Of a stretch of DNA of 32,000 bases, positions 7,405 to 14,498 are shown one piece after another. The notes under the pieces were generated by a model. That model worked only from the letters and a program-made list of their open reading frames with translations. It did no database searches and was not told where the DNA came from. The DNA comes from Xenorhabdus bovienii (GTDB lineage Bacteria > Pseudomonadota > Gammaproteobacteria > Enterobacterales > Enterobacteriaceae), in assembly GCF_024721015.1 (NCBI RefSeq), contig NZ_JANAIF010000027.1, positions 1 to 32,000 of the forward strand, given 5' to 3'. A program made the position numbers and the translations under genes. The number at the start of each line of letters is the position of its first letter. Position 1 is the first letter of the stretch.

Positions 7405-7739
7405 TTTTCCTTTCTTTTGTCTCCGACCGTCAGACAATCGTATTGTGTTGCGTTCTGTGCCTGTTTGGTTCGCTCCGCTCACGGCTGACCAGCCCGGGGG
7501 GGTTCCCTGCTCTATTCAATCCCCCCTTTTTTATCGGCAAATCAACTAAGGGCGTTTTCCTTGGCTTTCGTGGGTTGCCTGACATGCCCTAAAGGGCATA
7601 AAAATAAATGAAAAAAAGCAAAATATTCAAGCATTAGATCAATCTAAACCTTGCACAATCACCCGAAAACGGGCATAATATATTTGTCGAAACGGGGAAT
7701 GTTCCCTACCACTAAATGCCAATAGGCAGGAGATTTAAA
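7405..7739 (+). repeat. Leading-region cassette copy B
   Basis: See copy A. Confidence 0.9.
7651..7679 (+). promoter_or_regulatory. Sigma70-type promoter of cassette B; palindrome at 7695-7706
   Basis: TTGCAC, 17 nt, CATAAT. Confidence 0.65.
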
Positions 7740-8075
7740 ATGTCAGTATCTAAATTAGTTTTTCGTAATGGTTCGGTTTCAGTGAATGATGTTTTAGCTT
7801 CATCTTGGGGTTACGAACAAACCAACGTGAATTTTTATCAGGTGATCGAGTTACACGGTAAAAAAACGGTCATTGTAAGAGAAATTAGTGCTAAAACGCG
7901 CAAAGATGGGAATATGTCAGGCTATAAAAAACCCGTATTAAATGACTTTATTGGTGAGCCACTTCGCCGTCAAGTGAAAGAGTATGATTCAGAGCCTTTG
8001 ATTAAAATTGAAGATTTTGAACAAGCCAGACTAACTCCAGTAGACGAAGAACACTTTTTTAGCTCTTGGTACTAA
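7740..8075 (+). CDS. Hypothetical leading-region protein (111 aa)
   Basis: ORF with the cassette RBS (AGGAG, 7 nt, ATG 7740). No family recognised. Confidence 0.6.
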   Translation: MSVSKLVFRNGSVSVNDVLASSWGYEQTNVNFYQVIELHGKKTVIVREISAKTRKDGNMSGYKKPVLNDFIGEPLRRQVKEYDSEPLIKIEDFEQARLTPVDEEHFFSSWY

Positions 8076-8149
8076 CTGATAATAACGCCCAGTAATGGGC
8101 GTTTATAAAAAACTAAGTCTAAGGGCAAACACAATAATAGGAGTGCAAA

Positions 8150-8383
8150 TTGATTAACGTAAATGATGTAAAACCCAAAGATTTAGTTTTTTTTCAACAA
8201 ACGCTAAAAAAATCAGATCAAGAAATAGCTGATCTGTTAGGCATTAGTGCTAAAACATGGGTAAATAAACGTTCTAGCACTCAAATAATTCGAAAACAAT
8301 TATTAAGCCCTGCGGAATGTGAATATTTCCTATTGTTAACAGGTATTCACCCCAAATATAAGTTAAATACGAGCAAGAAATAA
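8150..8383 (+). CDS. Small HTH (XRE-like) DNA-binding protein; TTG start
   Basis: AGGAG lies 6 nt before the TTG. QEIADLLGISAKTWVNKRS is HTH-like. Confidence 0.5.
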   Translation: MINVNDVKPKDLVFFQQTLKKSDQEIADLLGISAKTWVNKRSSTQIIRKQLLSPAECEYFLLLTGIHPKYKLNTSKK

Positions 8384-8446
8384 TTAAAATGTTTTTAATT
8401 ATTCATTGATAACCTTATTAGTCGCCAATAGGCGGGAGAAAATAAA

Positions 8447-9274
8447 ATGACCGATAAAAAAGCAACTTCATTAGATCAGCTTTCACGTCTTGATAAAGAA
8501 GCTGTAAGATCAAGAAAAACCTTAATGCTTGATATTAAATTTCTTGAGTTGCCAAAAGAATTGAATATTCGTTATGCGGGTTTAGGTTATGATGAATATT
8601 GGGAACAACCTTATGTAAAAGAATATGTCTCTAAACTGGCAAAAGACTATGCTGATGGAGGGGTTTTCCCGCCTATCGTAGTGAAATTTGACGTTGATAT
8701 CCAAAAAGCCGTTATTATTGATGGTGCTCATCGATACATGGCTATTAAAGAAGCTAACACAGAGTTAGGGGCTGAAATTATTCGCCATGCAGTAACAGAC
8801 TCTAAAGGGGATGAAGCAAAAAACATCTTATTGATGATCAACACAGGTCAGCGTTTAGATGTGAGCGCGGTTGAGATTGCCGAGGGGTTAGCCCGTTTAG
8901 AGGCGTTCGGCTTCACGGTTGAAGAAATTGCGGGAAAAGTGGGTAAAACGGTTCAACATGTTTACTATATGAAAAAAGTAAATAACTTACCCATTGAAAT
9001 CAAAAAACTGATACGCCAGAAAAAACTGACGGTTGCAAAAGCGTTATCCGGCGATAAACCGAAAAAATATACCCCGCCCAAGAAAACGGTTTCTAAAATT
9101 TTAGATATTGTGGCAGAAGCCCATCCAGAAATTAACGGGGAGTTGGTGAATGTGTCAATTCCGCTGGAACTCTACAAACAACTGTTTGATCCAAATATGG
9201 ATATTAATAACGAGAGTCAAGAAGAGGAGAGTCAAGAAGAGGAGAGTCAAGAAGAGGAGAGTCAAGAAGAGTAA
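8447..9274 (+). CDS. ParB/Srx-fold (ParB-like nuclease domain) protein with an acidic (ESQEE)x4 C-terminal tail
   Basis: PPIVVKFDVDIQKAVIIDGAHRYMAIKEA matches the ParB N-domain DGxHR motif. An HTH-like segment FTVEEIAGKVGKTVQHVYYM follows. The upstream CGCCAATAGGCGGGAG resembles the cassette RBS. Confidence 0.7.
   Translation: MTDKKATSLDQLSRLDKEAVRSRKTLMLDIKFLELPKELNIRYAGLGYDEYWEQPYVKEYVSKLAKDYADGGVFPPIVVKFDVDIQKAVIIDGAHRYMAIKEANTELGAEIIRHAVTDSKGDEAKNILLMINTGQRLDVSAVEIAEGLARLEAFGFTVEEIAGKVGKTVQHVYYMKKVNNLPIEIKKLIRQKKLTVAKALSGDKPKKYTPPKKTVSKILDIVAEAHPEINGELVNVSIPLELYKQLFDPNMDINNESQEEESQEEESQEEESQEE
9212..9271 (+). repeat. Perfect 15-bp x4 tandem repeat (GAGAGTCAAGAAGAG) encoding ESQEE x4
   Basis: Read directly from the sequence; it ends at the stop codon. 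Confidence 0.95.
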
Positions 9275-9330
9275 TCTATCGTAAAGAGTGGCTATTAGCC
9301 GCTCTTTATTATTATATGAAAGGAAGTTTA

Positions 9331-9615
9331 ATGATTTTAAATTATGAATTAATTTTTAGAAAAGTGAAAGGAAATACCTTTAGTGAGTGTTTTTCTGTTT
9401 TTCACAATAGTGAAAAATACAAGCTCGTCTTTCAGAAGTTCAAGCGAGATCAGGTTTCAAGAGAAGATAAGCTCAAGGGGATAAAGCCTAAACGAACTTT
9501 ATTAATGGAAACTGAACATTATTTCACAAAACTTGAAAATATTGAGTTTTCATTACTGCCCTGCAAAGAACTCACGAAAGAATTTTGTGAGAAATTTAAT
9601 TTATTTTGGAGATAA
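9331..9615 (+). CDS. Hypothetical protein (94 aa from the ATG at 9331)
   Basis: AAGGA lies 7 nt before 9331; the track start at 9316 lacks an SD. Confidence 0.45.
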   Translation: MILNYELIFRKVKGNTFSECFSVFHNSEKYKLVFQKFKRDQVSREDKLKGIKPKRTLLMETEHYFTKLENIEFSLLPCKELTKEFCEKFNLFWR

Positions 9616-9617
9616 AA

Positions 9618-9998
9618 ATGAAAAGAAATAATCAAACAATGATTAGTTTAGAATTCGATAAATTATTAAAATTGGTTTCTAATCGAAATAAAAAATGCGA
9701 GTCTGTTATTTGTTGTATATGGGCTTTTTTTTGTGGATTTTCTGGTTGGTGTATTTATTCATTCCCGGCAGAAGTCGCGGCATGTTTTGTGTTCATGTGT
9801 TTTCTTATGACTTTAGTTATTATGCTATTTGTTCATGCGTGTTTTACTAGCTTTGATTCTATAGCCGAATCTTTATATAAAAAATTATCCAGTGATGAGA
9901 TCGCAGAAATTGAGTATTTTTCCATTTTAAAGCGATGTGATATAGACAATAATCTAATTATTGATTACGCCAATGAAAAATTAATACAAGGATATTAG
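9618..9998 (+). CDS. Small membrane protein (2 predicted TM segments)
   Basis: GGAG lies 6 nt before the ATG at 9618. Hydrophobic stretches CCIWAFFCGFSGWCIY and AACFVFMCFLMTLVIMLFV. Confidence 0.5.
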   Translation: MKRNNQTMISLEFDKLLKLVSNRNKKCESVICCIWAFFCGFSGWCIYSFPAEVAACFVFMCFLMTLVIMLFVHACFTSFDSIAESLYKKLSSDEIAEIEYFSILKRCDIDNNLIIDYANEKLIQGY

Positions 9999-10001
9999 GA
10001 A

Positions 10002-10274
10002 ATGAACTTAATTAAGTTAGAAAAAATCGTAAATTTTACTTTTTCGATCATGGTTTTTGTTGTGGTTGGTCTATTATTAACGGATAAATACCTTTCGATT
10101 AGTCCTATCTTTTTCTTTGCCATGTATATATTGGCAGGGTTAAATATTTTTTTAGTAACCTTTAATCGTAAGGGTAAAGGGGTTTTACTTAAAATCAATC
10201 GGATTTTATCAATAATTCTCGCAGTCACGTTAACAATAGGACTCGGGTTGATTGTGTTTTTTTTCTTTATTTGA
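10002..10274 (+). CDS. Small multi-pass membrane protein (90 aa)
   Basis: Three hydrophobic segments. AGGA lies before the ATG. Confidence 0.5.
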   Translation: MNLIKLEKIVNFTFSIMVFVVVGLLLTDKYLSISPIFFFAMYILAGLNIFLVTFNRKGKGVLLKINRILSIILAVTLTIGLGLIVFFFFI

Positions 10275-10311
10275 GCACGTAAAGTTATCCACGGCTTTAA
10301 AAAGTCGAGCA

Positions 10312-10392
10312 GGATTGCCGCACCCTTAAAAGTGCGGCAATCCGTAGCGCACGGGTAGCTGATAGCGTAGCGCAGGCGTACCCGCGATTTTT
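10312..10392 (+). other. GC-rich structured island: a perfect 12-bp hairpin plus a second hairpin with a T-run (terminator-like)
   Basis: GGATTGCCGCAC (10312-10323) / GTGCGGCAATCC (10332-10343). CGGGTA (10352-10357) / TACCCG (10379-10384), followed by TTTTTT. Confidence 0.55.
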
Positions 10393-10519
10393 TAAGTGCG
10401 GTGGGTAACTTGGTATCACAAAAAATAAATTTGCTAATAGCTGGCCGTGCATTTTTCGTTGGCAAATAAAAAAAACAAGCCGCCTAAACGATTCTGAGCG
10501 GTTTAATCATTTAACGTGA

Positions 10520-10824
10520 CGTTTCCCATATCTTTTGTCTCCGACCGTCAGACAATCGTGTTGTGTTGCGTTCTGTGCCTGTTTGGTTCGCTCCGCTCAC
10601 GGCTGACCAGTGCGGGGGGGGTTCCCTGCTCTATTCAATCCCCCCTTTTTTATCGGCAAATCAACTAAGGGCGTTTTCTTGGCTTTCGTGGGTTGCCTTA
10701 CATGCCCTAAAGGGCATAAAAAATCAAAAATAAACTTGCACTAACGCCCTAAAACGGGCATAATATATTTGTCGAAACGGGGAATGTTCCCTACCACTAA
10801 ATGCCAATAGGCAGGAAAGTTAAA
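10520..10824 (+). repeat. Leading-region cassette copy C
   Basis: Same module as A and B, with a G-tract +1, a T-tract -1 and a shorter linker between the module and the promoter. Confidence 0.9.
10746..10774 (+). promoter_or_regulatory. Sigma70-type promoter of cassette C
   Basis: TTGCAC, 17 nt (containing GCCCTAAAACGGGC), CATAAT. Confidence 0.65.
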
Positions 10825-11028
10825 ATGCAACCAACTATTATTATCAATATTCTATTCAATAAACCTAAAACGTTTATTTTTCACCTTAAAGCGTTAAATG
10901 TTCACAAAGAAATCGTTAACGTAGAAACAACTCTTATTCAGGTAAAAGACACTGAGCATCTTTTAAGTGAAATCAAACGTTATGAGGATTTGGGATATAT
11001 AGAAATCGCGTGTAAAGAAATGATCTAA
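10825..11028 (+). CDS. Hypothetical small protein (67 aa)
   Basis: Cassette RBS before the ATG at 10825. Confidence 0.5.
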   Translation: MQPTIIINILFNKPKTFIFHLKALNVHKEIVNVETTLIQVKDTEHLLSEIKRYEDLGYIEIACKEMI

Positions 11029-11034
11029 AAGAAA

Positions 11035-11064
11035 ATAACCGCTAGAGGGCAATCTAGCGGTTAT
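11035..11064 (+). terminator. Perfect 12-bp hairpin after the 10825-11028 gene (no clear T-run)
   Basis: ATAACCGCTAGA, loop GGGCAA, TCTAGCGGTTAT. Confidence 0.5.
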
Positions 11065-11094
11065 CACATCAACATAGTTAAATGAGGTTTAAAT

Positions 11095-11292
11095 ATGTCA
11101 AAAGAAATGTTATCACTGATTGATTGCGTTAAGCAAGGATTACCCGTCAAAATGCCAGCCATGACAGGGAAGGAGTTTAAGGCGTTTATGGCTGAAATCA
11201 ACAATCATAACTCTGTGGCATTTCTTTATTCTGCCGTGTTATCTGCGTTGCTGTTTTTGTTGTGCTTCTCTAAAGAGTCAATTGTTTTTTAA
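11095..11292 (+). CDS. Small protein with a C-terminal TM segment (65 aa)
   Basis: GAGG lies before the ATG. C-terminal AFLYSAVLSALLFLLCF. Confidence 0.5.
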   Translation: MSKEMLSLIDCVKQGLPVKMPAMTGKEFKAFMAEINNHNSVAFLYSAVLSALLFLLCFSKESIVF

Positions 11293-11307
11293 CAACTTTA
11301 CTTAATT

Positions 11308-11330
11308 AAAGCCTATTCGTAGGCTTTTTT
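11308..11330 (+). terminator. Rho-independent terminator
   Basis: AAAGCCT / AGGCTTT stem followed by TTTT. Confidence 0.7.
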
Positions 11331-11376
11331 AAAAGGGTTTATCATGTCATAACTCACCGAATTACAATTATTTGAC

Positions 11377-11643
11377 TTGCTAGAATACTTCACAGAATTG
11401 GCGAATGAGGGTTTTATCAAGTGGAGTGATTCGTTAGATACCCCTGCCCCTGAACTGTTTGATAGCATCGAGGGTTTACACTTGGGTTATTATGACCTGA
11501 TTAATTTTTATTTTAAAGATGGTTATCCGGTCGGTTTTAGCGATGAATCACTATTATTAAAAATTCAAAAATTAATAGTTGCAATCACGCCCGTTATCGG
11601 GCATATTGTATTTATTGAAACGGGAAATATTCCTTACCACTAA
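11377..11643 (+). CDS. Doubtful ORF (TTG start) whose 3' end reads through promoter cassette D
   Basis: ORF track only. Its last ~20 codons are the conserved promoter and palindrome sequence. Confidence 0.25.
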   Translation: MLEYFTELANEGFIKWSDSLDTPAPELFDSIEGLHLGYYDLINFYFKDGYPVGFSDESLLLKIQKLIVAITPVIGHIVFIETGNIPYH

Positions 11644-11667
11644 ATGCCAATAGGCAGGAAATTTAAA
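11579..11667 (+). promoter_or_regulatory. Cassette copy D (short form: promoter + palindrome + RBS only)
   Basis: TTGCAA (11579-11584), 17 nt, CATATT (11602-11607), then GAAACGGGAAATATTCCTTACCACTAAATGCCAATAGGCAGGAA. Confidence 0.65.
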
Positions 11668-11979
11668 ATGACAACACGTAATATTGAAATTGCAAACACA
11701 ATTTTAGCTCAAATGGGAGGTAATTGTTTTATTGCCATGACAGGCGCAAAATATCTGGTAGCCATTGAAAATGGGTTGCAATTTAAACTTCCAGCGCGTT
11801 TTGCGGCAAAGGGCATTAACTGCGTCCAAATCACCCTCGAACCGTCCGACACCTATAAAATGAAATTTTTAAAAATCAGAGGGATAGAGTGTAAGGAAAT
11901 ATCCGAAATTCAAGGGGTTTTTTTCGACCAGCTTCAAGAATTTTTCACAGAAAAAACAGGGTTAAATTCCTATTTATAA
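11668..11979 (+). CDS. Hypothetical leading-region protein (103 aa)
   Basis: Cassette RBS before the ATG at 11668. ILAQMGGNCFIAMTGAKYLV...ITLEPSDTYKMKF looks like a conserved plasmid or phage family that I cannot name. Confidence 0.6.
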   Translation: MTTRNIEIANTILAQMGGNCFIAMTGAKYLVAIENGLQFKLPARFAAKGINCVQITLEPSDTYKMKFLKIRGIECKEISEIQGVFFDQLQEFFTEKTGLNSYL

Positions 11980-12044
11980 GATATAATAGGGCTATCACAA
12001 GATATGTTAGTGTAAATAAAAATTAATATTTCTAAGGGGTTATT

Positions 12045-12365
12045 ATGAAACAGTTACCGTATAGTGAAAAGGTAATTATTACAAATCTAATAGATTCTAT
12101 ATTATCTAACAAAGAATTAGCGATTTGCGTCCGTGACGAAGAATATGTTGCAGTAAAAACTACGAGAAACAAAGAAAAAATATTATCAGCAATTGGTGAT
12201 ACTGAATTAACAATTTTGAAAGTTAAACGGTTAACTGGAAATAAAATAGAAAAAAATTTTCCAGAAGTTGATGAACTAGGTTATATTCTACTTGTACATG
12301 GTAATGGTGGTGAGGTTATTAGTGATTACACAGAATCACTTCGTGGAATGTTTGGTTTATCCTAA
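12045..12365 (+). CDS. Hypothetical protein (106 aa)
   Basis: AAGGGG lies before the ATG. No motif recognised. Confidence 0.5.
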   Translation: MKQLPYSEKVIITNLIDSILSNKELAICVRDEEYVAVKTTRNKEKILSAIGDTELTILKVKRLTGNKIEKNFPEVDELGYILLVHGNGGEVISDYTESLRGMFGLS

Positions 12366-12385
12366 CAAATTATTGCTTGCCAGTC

Positions 12386-12410
12386 TCACCACCTCCTATG
12401 GAAGTGGTGA
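12386..12410. terminator. Hairpin between convergent genes (bidirectional terminator candidate)
   Basis: TCACCAC (12386-12392) / GTGGTGA (12404-12410). Confidence 0.5.
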
Positions 12411-12453
12411 TTATTCCTTTTACACTATCGCCTTTCAGAAGTTCAAGCGCGAT

Positions 12454-13731
12454 CTAATCACTTGATATTAAATCTGCTAAATCATCAAGCGTCAGCCCAA
12501 ATTCATATAGCAATGATATGGCTTTTTCTTGATTTATCTGTTTTAGTCGCTGCCGCTTAAATTCTCTTGCTAGCCTAATTTTATTTATTCTTTTTATTTC
12601 TGATTGATAGTGTTCAAAAATTTTCATTTTTTTCATAAATTGTAGTGGATTACCATTCTGATTAGGAGAATTAGGACAGTACATATCCAATACATTGAGG
12701 CTGGAGCGAAATTCGTTATAATTACAGTGCAAAATATTATCAGAAATATTATGGTAAACTTCTCCAGCAAGAGTGGATTTAAAATCTGGATTGAAGCCGC
12801 CTGTATTCATTTTTAAAACTGCTTCTACACAGAGTTTAATCGGAGTCCATTCAAATTTTTCTCTTAATTTGAATTTATGAGATGATAATTTTCTTAACTT
12901 GGCTTTTTCATAAAATATATTGAGTGCAATGATGTTGTCACCAATCGTAGCATTGATAGATATCACTTCTGGCGGTATGGCTTGATAACTGCTTCTTGAA
13001 CACCCATCGATAATACTAATTTCAGGTAATTCAGGAGAAACCATGAAACGTTTACTATTTATTGTTCGTGCATTGTATGGTGTGAGTTCATAAATTGGTT
13101 TTTCACTCTCTGGTTTGCCTTTTTGCCAGAAATGAGTAATGACATGAGTGTTTTTTCCACATATTGAGCACTCTCCATGAGAACGACTTGATGAATCCAG
13201 CCAATAGTAGTTTGGAATGGAGAAATAAATTGAGGTATCTGCACTATCAGATGTATTGCTTTTTATGGTTTCTCCCAGCGTCTCTTTTTCAATAAAATAT
13301 GTTACGGTGTTGAAATACATACCAGGGCGGAGTCCTGTCCCTCCCGGGCTAACAAATTGAGTTTTAGTATATAGTGCAATTGCGGCACATGGTTCACACA
13401 TTTGTTGACAATTATTCCGTTTGACGAAATGGTCAGTATTTTTTTTAATGGCGCTTTCACTAGGTGAGTCTAGTAACAATAAATCTATATTTTTTAGAGT
13501 CCCTTCTTGTGCTTTTGGATCTTGCACAAACCGTTCTATACCATTTAAGACCGTATAGAATTTATACGGATATTTTTTAACCCCGATCATTAGCAATAAA
13601 AAAGCGTAGTGAAATTCAAATCGGCTGAACGCCAGATGTGAGAGAGGTAAATTCATTGCCTCATCGATTGTGATGCGGGTAAATCCGCCGTTCTGCATTA
13701 CAGGAATCCATTTATCATTCAACAAATCCAT
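12454..13731 (-). CDS. Solitary Cse1/Cas8e-like protein (type I-E Cascade large-subunit homologue), 425 aa
   Basis: By-eye alignment to E. coli CasA: MDLLNDKWIPV vs MNLLIDNWIPV; LAFSRFEFHYAFLLLMIGV vs LSLPRDDMELAALALLVCIGQ; MCEPCAAIALYTKTQFVSPGGTGLRPGMYFNTVTYFI vs LCGGCTAIALFNQANQAPGFGGGFKSGLRGGTPVTTFV; ECSICGKNTHVITHF vs KCSCCGQESNLRYTGF. No other cas gene or array in the window. Confidence 0.75.
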   Translation of the reverse strand: MDLLNDKWIPVMQNGGFTRITIDEAMNLPLSHLAFSRFEFHYAFLLLMIGVKKYPYKFYTVLNGIERFVQDPKAQEGTLKNIDLLLLDSPSESAIKKNTDHFVKRNNCQQMCEPCAAIALYTKTQFVSPGGTGLRPGMYFNTVTYFIEKETLGETIKSNTSDSADTSIYFSIPNYYWLDSSSRSHGECSICGKNTHVITHFWQKGKPESEKPIYELTPYNARTINSKRFMVSPELPEISIIDGCSRSSYQAIPPEVISINATIGDNIIALNIFYEKAKLRKLSSHKFKLREKFEWTPIKLCVEAVLKMNTGGFNPDFKSTLAGEVYHNISDNILHCNYNEFRSSLNVLDMYCPNSPNQNGNPLQFMKKMKIFEHYQSEIKRINKIRLAREFKRQRLKQINQEKAISLLYEFGLTLDDLADLISSD

Positions 13732-13733
13732 AG

Positions 13734-14120
13734 TTACTCCTGAACGTATTTTTTGGCTATTTGGTGTAAATCAGAGAGGTAGGTTTCCTCATGAATTGAA
13801 TTATTTATGGCATCAAATGCGCCTTTTCTATAATGCTCATCCTCGTAGGTGTACTGAGAAACTATAGATTCAATGACGTCGGTAGTGACATCATCACCTG
13901 AGATGAAGCCAGATTTAGCGAGCGCTATCGCCTCGTTTATTTCACGCTGTTTTTTCTCTAGTGCCTCGATTAATCGATATGTCATAGGGGGACGCGAATC
14001 ACCAGATACATAGCGTCTAACTGCGCGAGACTCTACTCCCAAAAGGCGAGACATAGGAGATTGCCATTGTTTACCAAAAACTTTTTCACCAATTACAATT
14101 AATTTTTCTCGGTTATCCAT
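13734..14120 (-). CDS. HTH DNA-binding protein (Cro/YdaS-like N-terminus); candidate operon autoregulator
   Basis: FGKQWQSPMSRLLGVESRAVRRYVSGDSRPP is HTH-like. GGAG lies before the ATG. The stop is 2 nt from the Cas8e-like start, which suggests translational coupling. Confidence 0.65.
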   Translation of the reverse strand: MDNREKLIVIGEKVFGKQWQSPMSRLLGVESRAVRRYVSGDSRPPMTYRLIEALEKKQREINEAIALAKSGFISGDDVTTDVIESIVSQYTYEDEHYRKGAFDAINNSIHEETYLSDLHQIAKKYVQE

Positions 14121-14170
14121 GAATTAATCTCCATAAAAAAAAGCCCCGCTTATGCAAGGCTTTATGTTAT

Positions 14171-14329
14171 TTAAACCCGATATTTTTCTACGATGGCATT
14201 AGCGCTTTCATCGTCTTCAGCATTGCGATACAGATCTTCGATTATTTCGTCTTCGCGCTCGATATCAATAGCATTAATCCAGCCGCAGTTAGTTAAATAG
14301 GTTTTAGCATCATTGGTTGAATTAAACAT
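14171..14329 (-). CDS. Small acidic protein, 52 aa (13 D/E, 5 K/R)
   Basis: The internal ATG at 14329 has GAGGA 6-7 nt upstream and lies downstream of the predicted promoter. The track start at 14449 lies upstream of that promoter. Confidence 0.55.
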   Translation of the reverse strand: MFNSTNDAKTYLTNCGWINAIDIEREDEIIEDLYRNAEDDESANAIVEKYRV

Positions 14330-14386
14330 ATTTGAATCCTCTAGTGGTTTGTTTATCGGTCGGGTCAATTCCCTTACCGTAACTAC

Positions 14387-14415
14387 AGTATAAAATGACC
14401 TAATTATTAGGTCAA
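14387..14415 (-). promoter_or_regulatory. Near-consensus sigma70 promoter with an embedded palindromic operator
   Basis: On the minus strand: TTGACC (14415-14410), 17 nt, TATACT (14392-14387). The spacer holds GACCTAAT-T-ATTAGGTC (14397-14413), with perfect 8-bp arms. Confidence 0.7.
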
Positions 14416-14498
14416 TAAAGATTACTAAATAATCTGTTATTTTTATCACAAACTCTCAACACCCCATGCCATCAGTTATCCACGGCTTTATGATTTTT

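Noticed and set aside
9995-10465. The 156-aa minus-strand ORF
   Set aside because: It is antisense to the membrane-protein gene at 10002-10274 and runs through the GC-rich hairpin island. There is no SD.
13059-13867. ORFs at 13059-13244 (-) and 13670-13867 (+)
   Set aside because: They are off-frame or antisense within the Cas8e-like and HTH genes.
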